Shown: positions 25,403 through 33,806 of the stretch, piece by piece
How positions within the stretch are numbered: the first letter of the stretch is position 1
Layout of the letters: the number at the start of each line of letters is the position of its first letter
NCBI GenBank assembly: GCA_031380045.1
Contig: JANNFQ010000670.1
Location: 1 to 35,734 of the forward strand
Direction: 5' to 3'
From: Acidimicrobiaceae bacterium
GTDB lineage: Bacteria > Actinomycetota > Acidimicrobiia > Acidimicrobiales > Ilumatobacteraceae
Length of the DNA: 35,734 bases
The notes under the pieces: model-generated
The model's input: the letters and a program-made list of their open reading frames with translations, nothing else
Told to the model about the DNA's origin: nothing
Databases searched by the model: none
Program-made: the position numbers and the translations under genes

Positions 25403-26101
25403 ATGCTCGGTGCCCCCATCGCCTTTGCCCACCGCGGCGCCCGAGCTCACGCCCCCGAGAACACGCTGGAAGCCTTCGCGCTCGGCCTGCGCTTGGGCGC
25501 CACCGGGCTGGAGAGCGACGTGTGGCTGACCGCCGACGGTCAGGTCGTGTTGGACCACGGCGGGGTCGTCGCCACGCGCTTTCGCAAGCGACCGATCAGC
25601 GAGATCAATCGGGCACAGCTGCCGGCGCACATCCCCACGCTCGCTCAGCTGTACGAGCACTGTGGCGTCGGCTACGAACTGTCGTTGGACCTGAAGGCAC
25701 CCGGCACGGGCCAGGCAGTGATCGACGTGACCACCGAGCATGACCGGGCCATGTTGCCGCGCCTGTGGCTGTGCTCGCCCACGTGGCAGCTGCTGCTGGA
25801 CCTACGCGGGCAGGGCGCGAAGCTGGTCGACTCGACCCGGCTGGCTCGAATCAAGGAGGGGCCCGAACGGCGCGCGGCAACGCTGGCGTCAGAGGGCATC
25901 GACGCGGTCAACATGCATCACACCGACTGGAACGGTGGCCTGGTGGCGCTGTTCCACCGCTTCGAGCGGATTGCGTTCGGATGGGACATGCAGCAGGAAC
26001 AGGTGTTGCGGCCGGCGCTGCGGATGGGTCTGGACGGTGTGTACAGCGACTACGTGGACCGGATGTTGGATGTGTACCGCGACGAACTGGGCGACCCCTG
26101 A
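25403..26101 (+). CDS. Glycerophosphodiester phosphodiesterase family protein
   Basis: Starts at the internal ATG at 25403 (MLGAPIAFAHRGARAHAPENTLEAF...GLESDVWLTADGQVVLDH). It is the C-terminal part of the 631-aa track ORF. Confidence 0.78.
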   Translation: MLGAPIAFAHRGARAHAPENTLEAFALGLRLGATGLESDVWLTADGQVVLDHGGVVATRFRKRPISEINRAQLPAHIPTLAQLYEHCGVGYELSLDLKAPGTGQAVIDVTTEHDRAMLPRLWLCSPTWQLLLDLRGQGAKLVDSTRLARIKEGPERRAATLASEGIDAVNMHHTDWNGGLVALFHRFERIAFGWDMQQEQVLRPALRMGLDGVYSDYVDRMLDVYRDELGDP

Positions 26102-26122
26102 CGGTTCGGACCCGACAGGGTC
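26093..26122. terminator. Imperfect hairpin between convergent genes
   Basis: GACCC-c-TG-a-CGG / loop ttcggac / CCG-a-CA-GGGTC. It spans the GDPD stop and the lepB stop. Confidence 0.3.
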
Positions 26123-26870
26123 AGAGCCAGGACCAGTCGCCCACCGGCCAGATGATGATGAACGCGCGGCCAATCAACAGATCGAACGGCACTGGACCGA
26201 AGACCCGGCTGTCGCTCGACTTGCCGCGGTGGTCGCCCAGGACGAACACGCTGTTGTCGGGCACCGTGATCTCGGCCTGATCGCCCCCGCAGCCATCGGA
26301 CAGTTGGATGGAAGCGTCGAGGTAGGGCTCGATCAGTGGCTGATCGTTGATGAAGACACTGCAGTCGGTCACCCTGACCCGTTCGCCTTCCAGCCCGACG
26401 ACGCGCTTGATCAGATCGCGTTCGGGTGTGCTGGGGCTGTCGAATCGCTTCAACACCACGACATCGCCGCGGCGTGGATCGTGCAGCCGGTAGCTGAGCC
26501 GGTTGACCAGGACGCGATCGCCATCTTGCAGGGTGTTCAGCATGGACTCGCCCTCGACTGCGAACTGCTGCACCACGTATGCCCGCACCAGCAGCGCCGA
26601 CGTGATGGCCACCGCAACCACGATCATCCACTCGACCAGCGGATTCATCTTCTTCTTCACGGCGCGAGTTGCCGTTGCCGGGGTGCCGTCCTGATCTGAG
26701 TCGTATCCGACGACTTCGACGCCGTCGTCATCGTGATCGTGGTCGGCGCTGTCGTGATCATCGGCATCGTCGTATCCGCCGAAGGGCGACGCTGAATCGG
26801 TGACGACCCGCTCTCGCGGTGCGAGATCGTCGGCGCTGGGGTCGGGTTCGAGGCCCCGCTGGTCAGTCAT
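26121..26870 (-). CDS. lepB: Signal peptidase I
   Basis: GESMLNTL (Ser box), KRVVGLEGE (Lys box) and GDHRGKSSDSR, with a single TM segment before the catalytic domain. The ATG at 26870 overlaps the upstream stop (ATGA). Confidence 0.85.
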   Translation of the reverse strand: MTDQRGLEPDPSADDLAPRERVVTDSASPFGGYDDADDHDSADHDHDDDGVEVVGYDSDQDGTPATATRAVKKKMNPLVEWMIVVAVAITSALLVRAYVVQQFAVEGESMLNTLQDGDRVLVNRLSYRLHDPRRGDVVVLKRFDSPSTPERDLIKRVVGLEGERVRVTDCSVFINDQPLIEPYLDASIQLSDGCGGDQAEITVPDNSVFVLGDHRGKSSDSRVFGPVPFDLLIGRAFIIIWPVGDWSWL

Positions 26871-27916
26871 TCGGCGCACACGGTATCGCCACTACCGACC
26901 GAGTTGACGGCATGGTGGCCTGCGGCCGCGACCGTGCGGAACGACAGCGCGTCGTCATGAGGGCCACGTCCCATGGTGGTGACCGACAGATCGAGGTCGG
27001 CGAAGATGGTGGCGACATCGGGCGGGTCGATCGACAGCACTCTGTGGGCGGGGAACAGCGAGGCGGCCAGACCGAACAGTTCGGGCGGTACCGGCACATC
27101 GACCGGCACCGCAGTGAGCCTCAACGCGGTGCTGCTGTGGTGGCTGATGCCGCGATGACGGGCCCGTGCGTCGGCGTCGCTGGCCCGAACGATGGCGACA
27201 GGATGAGCGCCCAGGCCGGCCGCGAACGACAGGATCGAGGCCACTTCCAGCGCGGTCGTACCCAGCGCAGTACCCGTGCCGACCACGCCGGGGCCCATGG
27301 TGCACACGATCAGATCGGCATGCTGCACCTGCACGGCGATCTGCAGGGCTGAGGCAACGCTGACCGCTTCGACATCGCCCCCGAACGCCTGCCCCGCGGT
27401 GACGGTGCCGGTCAGCAGTTGCCGGGAGACCAGATCGGCGACCAGATCGCTGAGCGCCATCGGCAACGCACCGCCGTCGGTCATGACGTACGACACCCTG
27501 ATGCCCGGACGCAGATGAGCAGCCACCGCGGCGACGACGCCGAGCTGGCTGTGCAAGCTGCCGACCATCACCGGAACGCCACCCAGATCGGGGATGCCAG
27601 CAGCGACTGCCCCGGCCACCTCTTCCAGCGCGCCGGTGTCGGTCTGCAGGCTGGTGTAGCGCACCTTCATGATGTGACCGGGCCCGGGCTGCATCAGCTC
27701 TCGATGGGCGAGGTTCCAGTGGACCACGTGCCATCCGCCGGTACCCAGATCCAGATCGACTGCGGTGGTGTTGACCACCACCTGGTCACCGATTTCGACC
27801 GTGCCGATGAGCTGCGTCAGCGCGTATGCCCGCGAACCGTCGTCCAGCCGAACCCGTTGCAGACCGGGTCGCTGGGCGATCAGTTCGGTGACGTGAAGCG
27901 TGCGGAACGACGGCAT
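26867..27916 (-). CDS. Uncharacterised 349-aa protein, DUF3866-like from memory (unverified)
   Basis: GTGGWHVVHWN, HIMKVRYTSLQ, YVMTDGGALP, TAGQAFGGD and SDADARARHRGISHHS. The start lies 12 nt after the pafA stop. Confidence 0.65.
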   Translation of the reverse strand: MPSFRTLHVTELIAQRPGLQRVRLDDGSRAYALTQLIGTVEIGDQVVVNTTAVDLDLGTGGWHVVHWNLAHRELMQPGPGHIMKVRYTSLQTDTGALEEVAGAVAAGIPDLGGVPVMVGSLHSQLGVVAAVAAHLRPGIRVSYVMTDGGALPMALSDLVADLVSRQLLTGTVTAGQAFGGDVEAVSVASALQIAVQVQHADLIVCTMGPGVVGTGTALGTTALEVASILSFAAGLGAHPVAIVRASDADARARHRGISHHSSTALRLTAVPVDVPVPPELFGLAASLFPAHRVLSIDPPDVATIFADLDLSVTTMGRGPHDDALSFRTVAAAGHHAVNSVGSGDTVCAE

Positions 27917-27928
27917 CGGCCAGCGCCG

Positions 27929-29287
27929 TCAGAGCGACGCGATCAGCTTCTCGACGCGCTCGTCGCGGCTCTTGAACGGGTCTTTGCACAGCACCGTCCG
28001 CTGGGCCTGGTCGTTGAGCTTCAGGTGCACCCAGTCGACCGTGTAATCGCGCTTGCGTTCCTTGGCCTTCTTGATGAACTCGCCACGGAGCCGCGCCCGG
28101 GTGGTCTGCGGTGGCACATCGATGGCCGTCTCGATGTCTGCGTCGGTGCAGATGCGCTCGACCAGACCGCGATCCTGCAACTTGTAGAACGGGCTGCGGT
28201 CGCGGCTGATGTCGTGATACTGCAGGTCGAGCAACTGCACGCGGGCGTGACCCAGCGGCAGGTCGTGCCGAGCGCGAAATGCCTCGATCAGTCGGTACTT
28301 GATGACCCAGTCGACCTCGCGGTCCAGCTTCAACGGATCGTTCTCGATGGTGGACACGCAGTGCTCCCACATGTCCAGCGCCTTCTGTTCCAGCGGAGGG
28401 AAGCCCTTGGTCTCGGCATATCGCAGGGCACGATCGAGGTACTCGCGCTGGATGTCGAGCGCACTGACCTCGCGCCCGTTGGCCAGGCGGACCCGTCGTC
28501 GGCAGGTCATGTCGTGGCTGATGTCGCGAATGGCGCGGATGGGGTTCTCGAGCGTCATGTCGCGCAGCACCACCGACGGGTCTTCCAGCATGCGCAACAT
28601 GCATGCGGCCGAGCCGAGCTTCACGTACGTGGTGTACTCGCTCATGTTGCTGTCGCCGACGATCACGTGCAGGCGCCGGTACTTCTCGGCGTCAGCGTGG
28701 GGCTCGTCGCGCGTGTTGATGATGGGGCGGCTGCGGGTGGTGGCGCTGGAGACGCCCTCCCAGATGTGCTCGGCACGTTGGGCCATCGAGAACAGCGGAC
28801 CCCGCGCGGTCTGCAGCACCTTGCCCGAACCGGTGAAGATCTGACGGCTGACGAGGAACGGGATGAGCACCTCGGCGTAGTGCGCCAACTCGTCGCTGCG
28901 GCTGGTGCAGTAGTTCTCGTGGCAGCCGTAGCTGTTGCCGGCCGAATCGGTGTTGTTCTTGAACAGGTAGACCGTGCCGCGGATGCCTTCTTCGCGCAGG
29001 CGCTGCTCGGCCGACACCAGCAGGCTTTCCAGGATGCGTTCGCCGGCCTTGTCGTGTACGACCACGTCGTACAGGCTGTCGCATTCGGGCGTGGCGTACT
29101 CGGGGTGCGAACCGACGTCCAGGTACAGTCGAGCGCCGTTCTGCAAGAACACGTTGCTGCTGCGACCCCAACTGACCACCCGACGGAACAGGTAGCGGGC
29201 GACTTCATCGGGACTGAGCCGGCGCTGGCCGCGGAGCGTGCACGTGACCCCATACTCGTTCTCGAGACCGAAGATCCGGCGCTCCAT
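27929..29287 (-). CDS. pafA: Pup-protein ligase PafA
   Basis: [33 protein letters not shown] and NSYGCHENY. It is a paralogue of Dop in this same window. Confidence 0.93.
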   Translation of the reverse strand: MERRIFGLENEYGVTCTLRGQRRLSPDEVARYLFRRVVSWGRSSNVFLQNGARLYLDVGSHPEYATPECDSLYDVVVHDKAGERILESLLVSAEQRLREEGIRGTVYLFKNNTDSAGNSYGCHENYCTSRSDELAHYAEVLIPFLVSRQIFTGSGKVLQTARGPLFSMAQRAEHIWEGVSSATTRSRPIINTRDEPHADAEKYRRLHVIVGDSNMSEYTTYVKLGSAACMLRMLEDPSVVLRDMTLENPIRAIRDISHDMTCRRRVRLANGREVSALDIQREYLDRALRYAETKGFPPLEQKALDMWEHCVSTIENDPLKLDREVDWVIKYRLIEAFRARHDLPLGHARVQLLDLQYHDISRDRSPFYKLQDRGLVERICTDADIETAIDVPPQTTRARLRGEFIKKAKERKRDYTVDWVHLKLNDQAQRTVLCKDPFKSRDERVEKLIASL

Positions 29288-29292
29288 GTCGG

Positions 29293-29312
29293 CACCCTAC
29301 CTGCATAGGGTG
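29293..29312. promoter_or_regulatory. Inverted repeat CACCCTA-N6-TAGGGTG, read as two back-to-back TAGGGT -10 boxes
   Basis: The minus-strand TAGGGT (29299-29294) lies 6 nt before the pafA ATG at 29287. The plus-strand TAGGGT (29306-29311) lies 6 nt before the ATG at 29318. The whole intergenic gap is 30 bp. Confidence 0.45.
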
Positions 29313-29317
29313 GAGCG

Positions 29318-29893
29318 ATGGCGCGACGGTTGAACATCGCAGTGAAGGTCGTCCTGGTGGCATTGATCATCACGTCGCTGGTGTTCGGCGACGCCGAACG
29401 ATTCAGCGACAAAGCAATGGGTGCCCGGGCCATCGCCTACCCGTTGCTGTGCGCGATTCCGGGATTCGCGTGGTGGCTGTTGCATCGGCGCCGATCCGGG
29501 TTGGCCTACCCCCATGTGGCCGATGCGCTGGTCACGCTGTCGTTCGTGGTCGACCTGGGTGGCAATGCGCTGAACCTGTTCGACCGGCTGGTGTGGTTCG
29601 ACGACGCCGCACACTTCACGAACTGGTTCATCCTCGGTCTGGCCTTGGGCGTGACTCTCGGCCGAGTGCGGCCGGCCTGGGAGCTGGTGTGGCTGGTCAC
29701 CGGCGCCGGCGCAGTTGCGGCCATTCTGTGGGAACTTGCCGAGTACCGATCGTTCGTGCAGAAGGTCGAGTCGCTGGGCATCTACCGCGACACCATGGGC
29801 GACCTGTGCCTGGGTACGTCGGGCGCCCTCGTGGCGGGCCTGCTGGTGGTCGGATCACGCCGTTGGCACCCGATCACGAGCGCAGGGTCGTGA
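29318..29893 (+). CDS. Hypothetical integral membrane protein
   Basis: 191 aa with several hydrophobic segments (VVLVALIITSLVF, FILGLALGVTL, LVWLVTGAGAVAAILW, GTSGALVAGLLVV). Confidence 0.6.
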   Translation: MARRLNIAVKVVLVALIITSLVFGDAERFSDKAMGARAIAYPLLCAIPGFAWWLLHRRRSGLAYPHVADALVTLSFVVDLGGNALNLFDRLVWFDDAAHFTNWFILGLALGVTLGRVRPAWELVWLVTGAGAVAAILWELAEYRSFVQKVESLGIYRDTMGDLCLGTSGALVAGLLVVGSRRWHPITSAGS

Positions 29894-30695
29894 ACCGCGC
29901 TTGGGTGCCGGCGGGAAGTTGGGCCAGGTGGCCCAGATCGCGTGGGTCGACCACGGCGATCACCGGGTAGCCGCCTGTGACCGGATGGTCGGCCAGCATC
30001 ACGATCGGCTGCCCGTCGGGCGGCACCTGCACGGCGCCTTCGACCATGCCTTCAGAGAGCAACTCGTCCAGGACACTGCGACGCAGTACCGGGCCCACCA
30101 GCCGCATGCCGACCCGGTCGCTACTGGGTGAGACCACGAACCGCGCCGACGTCAGCGTGTTCCATGCTTCGTCGTCGAACCAGTGCAGTCGAGGCCCGGG
30201 CCACAGCCGAATTCGGTCCGGTGGCGAACGGCGAGGCGCCGCATCGCCGGCCGCGGGTGTGCCCGGATCTGGACCGACATCCAGCTGCGCTGGGTCACCA
30301 GCGCGGTCACCAGCTGGCGCCGGGCCCAAACCACCGCGCACCGCCAGGTAGACCCGGGCTCCTTCGACCAATCGGCCGAATCGAACTGTCGCATCGGCGG
30401 GGAGAATCACCGGTGCACCCCAACCGATGGGCGGGCCACCGACAACGTCGATCGGTGCGAGGGCACCAGCAACTGCAACCATCACGGCGCCGCCACCGAT
30501 TCGGAGGTGCAACCCGCCGGAACACTCGATGCCGGCACAGTGCGCTGGGTTGCCCACCAGACGATTCGCCAGTGCCAGCGAGGCCAGGTCGACTGCTCCC
30601 CCACGACTTGCTCCCCATGCCGCCCGACCGGGACGGCCGGCGTCACGGACCGACCCGGCAATGCCCCACGCAATGACGTCGATCGACGAAGTCAT
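29874..30695 (-). CDS. pxpC: 5-oxoprolinase subunit C (KipA / allophanate hydrolase subunit 2 family)
   Basis: Starts at the internal ATG at 30695, overlapping the pxpB stop (ATGA). SDRVGMRL, the MLADHPVTGGYP motif and the cyclophilin-like C-terminus are present. Confidence 0.82.
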   Translation of the reverse strand: MTSSIDVIAWGIAGSVRDAGRPGRAAWGASRGGAVDLASLALANRLVGNPAHCAGIECSGGLHLRIGGGAVMVAVAGALAPIDVVGGPPIGWGAPVILPADATVRFGRLVEGARVYLAVRGGLGPAPAGDRAGDPAQLDVGPDPGTPAAGDAAPRRSPPDRIRLWPGPRLHWFDDEAWNTLTSARFVVSPSSDRVGMRLVGPVLRRSVLDELLSEGMVEGAVQVPPDGQPIVMLADHPVTGGYPVIAVVDPRDLGHLAQLPAGTQARFTTLRS

Positions 30696-31312
30696 CGCTG
30701 CGCGAATCGGACGCGCGTGCCAGGCGGTAGCAGTGCCGAGACCTGGCGCTGCTCGTCCCACATGACCGCATCGGTACGACCGATCAGGTGCCAGCCACCG
30801 GGCCCATCGACCGGATAGACCGCCGAGAACTCGCTGGCGATGGCCACCGAGCCCGCCGGCACCCGAGTGCGGGGCGTGGAGCGTCGAGGCAGATGCAGGC
30901 GAGGGTCCAGGCCGATCAGGTACGAGAAGCCCGGCACGAACCCACAGAACGCGACCGTGTACTCGGCCATTGTGTGCATCGACACGACATCGGCCGCGGT
31001 CAGGCCGCACGACTTGGCGACGGCCTGCAGATCCTCGCCGTCGTAGACGACCTCGATGGTGACCGTAGATCCCGCTGGTGCGGGGCCGTGGCGCAGCGGT
31101 GACGGCCGGCGGACCACGTCGATGGCCACAGCCAGGTCGGCGGCGGCGGCCACCGTGACCAACACGGTGCGCGCCGCGGGGACCACATCGACGACACCCG
31201 CCGGTGACGTCGCTTGCAGATGGGCCACGGCTTGCATGACCTCGTCCAACGAGTCGTACTCGGCAAGGAACGACGTGGGACCCGACGGCAAGATGCGCGG
31301 CCCGATGCTCAT
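30692..31312 (-). CDS. pxpB: 5-oxoprolinase subunit B (KipI / allophanate hydrolase subunit 1 family)
   Basis: ATG at 31312, 13 nt after the pxpA stop. FCGFVPGFSYLIGLDPRL and GGWHLIGRT are present. Confidence 0.82.
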   Translation of the reverse strand: MSIGPRILPSGPTSFLAEYDSLDEVMQAVAHLQATSPAGVVDVVPAARTVLVTVAAAADLAVAIDVVRRPSPLRHGPAPAGSTVTIEVVYDGEDLQAVAKSCGLTAADVVSMHTMAEYTVAFCGFVPGFSYLIGLDPRLHLPRRSTPRTRVPAGSVAIASEFSAVYPVDGPGGWHLIGRTDAVMWDEQRQVSALLPPGTRVRFAQR

Positions 31313-31325
31313 GGCGCGCAACGGC

Positions 31326-32063
31326 TCATGGCACGAAACGTGCGGGGCCGACACCCAGCCGTTCCAGCGTCGACCGCACTGCAGCGGCCAACGTGGGCGC
31401 GCCAGGCGTGTCGCCGTGCACGCAGATCGAGCCGACGCCGCGGCCCACCAAGTACTCGGTTTGCGCAGCCACTGCGGCCGGATCGGTCAGCAACGCGCCG
31501 GGCTGCGAACGTGGTGTCAGAGTGCCGGCGGCGGTGTAGCTGCGATCGGCAAAACCCTCGGCGACGAACGGCACGCCGCTGGCCTGGGCAGCCACTTGAA
31601 TGGCGGAATCCGGCAGACCCAACAACCACAGTCCACCGCCGTGGGCAGCGATCGCGCCGGCCACAGCGTGCGCCTGGGCTTCGTGATGGACGATGGCGTT
31701 GTACAGCGCGCCGTGTGGCTTCACGTACAGCACACGGCCGCCCGCCACCTGGGCCAGCGCCTGCAACGCGCCGATCTGATACAGCACGGCGTCGGCAAGC
31801 TCGACCGGATCGATGTCGATGAAGCGACGGCCGAACCCGGCCAGGTCGGGATAGCTGACCTGCGCTCCGATGGCCACATCGTGGGCCACCGCTGCCACGC
31901 AGGTTCGCCTGATGATGGATGGATCGCCGGCGTGAAAGCCGCAGGCCACGTTGGCCGAGGTGATGATCCGCATCAGCGCGTCGTCGTCGCCCAGCGACCA
32001 CCGGCCATACCCTTCGCCGACATCTGCGTTCAGGTCGACTGCGTTCGGGTCGACGGGGCTCAT
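31326..32063 (-). CDS. pxpA: 5-oxoprolinase subunit A (LamB/YcsF family)
   Basis: VDLNADVGEGYG, ANVACGFHAGDP and KPHGALYN. Confidence 0.88.
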   Translation of the reverse strand: MSPVDPNAVDLNADVGEGYGRWSLGDDDALMRIITSANVACGFHAGDPSIIRRTCVAAVAHDVAIGAQVSYPDLAGFGRRFIDIDPVELADAVLYQIGALQALAQVAGGRVLYVKPHGALYNAIVHHEAQAHAVAGAIAAHGGGLWLLGLPDSAIQVAAQASGVPFVAEGFADRSYTAAGTLTPRSQPGALLTDPAAVAAQTEYLVGRGVGSICVHGDTPGAPTLAAAVRSTLERLGVGPARFVP

Positions 32064-32081
32064 CCGACGATCATCCGGTGA

Positions 32082-32762
32082 TCAGCCGCCGAGCAGCCCG
32101 GTGACCTCGACATCGGGCAGGCGCCGGAAGCAGCGCCGGCCGTTCGTGCGCGACAGCACGGCGACCTCGAGGTCGTCGGCCCGCAACTGTCGGTCTGGGC
32201 CGCTGAGCGCAGCCGTGGCGGCCGTGACTGCAGCATCGAGGGAGAGCTGATCGACGTCGATCTCTTTCATGCGCGTGGTGATCGCCTCGGCATCGCCGCC
32301 CAGCACACTGAAGCGGCCCTCGTCCATGACCGTGCCGTCGTACAGGATGTGGAACAGCTGATCGGGGTGGCCGTCGGCGCCCACCTCGGCCACCAGGATC
32401 TCGACTTCCATGGGCTTCATCTCGTGGGTGAAGACCTGGCCCAGGATCTGCGCGTACTGATTGGCCAGGCTGCGCGCGTCGACGTCGTCGCGCGAGTATT
32501 GGAAGCCCTTCAGATCGGCAGCGCGCACACCAGCTACTCGCAGCTGGTCGAACTCGTTGTACTTGCCGACGCCGGCGAAGGCGATGCGGTCGTAGATCTC
32601 GCTGATCTTGCGCAAGGTGTTCGACGGGTTCTCGGCCACCAGGGCGATGCCGTCCTGATAGCGAACCGCCACCATGGCACGGCCGCGAGCAATGCCCTTG
32701 CGCGCGTAGTCGGCGCGGTCTTTCATGACCTGCTCGGGTGCGACGTAGAACGGCATGCTCAT
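32082..32762 (-). CDS. prcA: Proteasome subunit alpha
   Basis: ATG at 32762 (MSMPFYVAPEQVMKDRADYARKGIARGR...) overlaps the prcB stop (ATGA). Confidence 0.92.
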   Translation of the reverse strand: MSMPFYVAPEQVMKDRADYARKGIARGRAMVAVRYQDGIALVAENPSNTLRKISEIYDRIAFAGVGKYNEFDQLRVAGVRAADLKGFQYSRDDVDARSLANQYAQILGQVFTHEMKPMEVEILVAEVGADGHPDQLFHILYDGTVMDEGRFSVLGGDAEAITTRMKEIDVDQLSLDAAVTAATAALSGPDRQLRADDLEVAVLSRTNGRRCFRRLPDVEVTGLLGG

Positions 32763-33553
32763 CGGGCACGCACCTCGTCGGCGATGGTCTGGTACCTGGC
32801 CGCCAGATCGGCGTCGTCCACGCGTTGCCAACCTTCGTCGGTGATGGTGGCGACCACGGGATAGATGCCCCGCAACGCATCGGGACCGCCGGTTGCCGAG
32901 TCGGCGTCGGCGGCTTCCCACAGGCTGCGGCAAGCCAGATGGATGGCCGCATCGCGGTCGAGATCGACTCGGAAACCCACCTTGATGACGGTGCCGGCGT
33001 GCAGGCTGCCCGAGCCGGTGGCGACGTAGTCGAGCTCTTCATAGCGGCCGCCGGTGACGTCGTAGCTCCACAGCCGGCCGATGCGCCGGCGTAGGTCGTA
33101 GCCCGCGAACAGCGGCACCACCACCATGCCCTGCATGGCCGCCGGCAGGTTGCCGCGCACCATCATCGACAGCTGATTGGCCTTGCCTTCCAGGCTGAGG
33201 GCCATGCCCTCGACCTTTTCGTAGTGCTCGAGCTGCAGCGCGAACAGCTTGATCATCTCCATCGCAGGACCAGCGGCGCCGGCGATGGCCACGCCGCTGT
33301 GCCGATCGGCTTGCACGACTTTCTCCATGGTGCGATGGCTGATGAGGTTGCCAGCCGTTGCCCGACGGTCGCCGGCCATGACAACGCCATCGGCGTAACG
33401 CAACGCGACGCACGTGGTGGCGTGGGGCACGCTGAGCCCCGCGTTGTCGGCGCTGCCGGACGAGACGTCGGCCGCGCCCATGCCGATGCGGCGCAACAGG
33501 TCGGGAAAGCTGGACCCCGGGTCGTCGCCCGGAGTGAAGAAGGGCATTGCCAT
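32759..33553 (-). CDS. prcB: Proteasome subunit beta (with propeptide)
   Basis: The propeptide ends ...SVPHA, followed by TTCVALRYADGVVMAGDRR (catalytic Thr1). The start lies 5 nt after the pup stop. Confidence 0.92.
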   Translation of the reverse strand: MAMPFFTPGDDPGSSFPDLLRRIGMGAADVSSGSADNAGLSVPHATTCVALRYADGVVMAGDRRATAGNLISHRTMEKVVQADRHSGVAIAGAAGPAMEMIKLFALQLEHYEKVEGMALSLEGKANQLSMMVRGNLPAAMQGMVVVPLFAGYDLRRRIGRLWSYDVTGGRYEELDYVATGSGSLHAGTVIKVGFRVDLDRDAAIHLACRSLWEAADADSATGGPDALRGIYPVVATITDEGWQRVDDADLAARYQTIADEVRAR

Positions 33554-33558
33554 AGCGG

Positions 33559-33756
33559 CTACTGACCGCCCTTTTGCACGTACGACTTCACGAAGTCTTC
33601 GGCATTGGTCTCGAGCACACCGTCGATCTCGTCGAGCAGGTCGTCGAGCTCGGCTTTCAACTTGTCACCCGTGGCAGTGGTGGCGGGAGCATCGACAACC
33701 GCTTCCTCCTCGGTACGGCTTGGCGCCGGCTTCTGCTTCTGCGTTCGTTCGGCCAT
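33559..33756 (-). CDS. pup: Prokaryotic ubiquitin-like protein Pup (GGQ C-terminus)
   Basis: ...LDDLLDEIDGVLETNAEDFVKSYVQKGGQ. I prefer the ATG at 33756 because AGAGGAAGG lies 5 nt upstream. The track start is the GTG at 33762. Confidence 0.92.
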   Translation of the reverse strand: MAERTQKQKPAPSRTEEEAVVDAPATTATGDKLKAELDDLLDEIDGVLETNAEDFVKSYVQKGGQ

Positions 33757-33770
33757 GGTCACCTTCCTCT

Positions 33771-33806
33771 ATCTCGGTTGTCTCAGGAATCTCGGTTGTC
33801 TCAGGA
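33771..33806. repeat. Perfect 18-bp tandem duplication (atctcggttgtctcagga x2)
   Basis: Copies at 33771-33788 and 33789-33806. The second copy contains the last dop codon and its stop. The first copy lies in the dop-pup spacer. Confidence 0.92.

Noticed and set aside
27419-29308. 629-aa plus-strand ORF antisense to pafA and the DUF3866-like gene. The 368-aa ORF at 34110..35216, antisense to dop, is a similar case
   Set aside because: It has no recognisable motifs and is low-complexity. It lies fully opposite strongly recognisable PafA and Dop coding sequence, so it is a GC-driven open frame.
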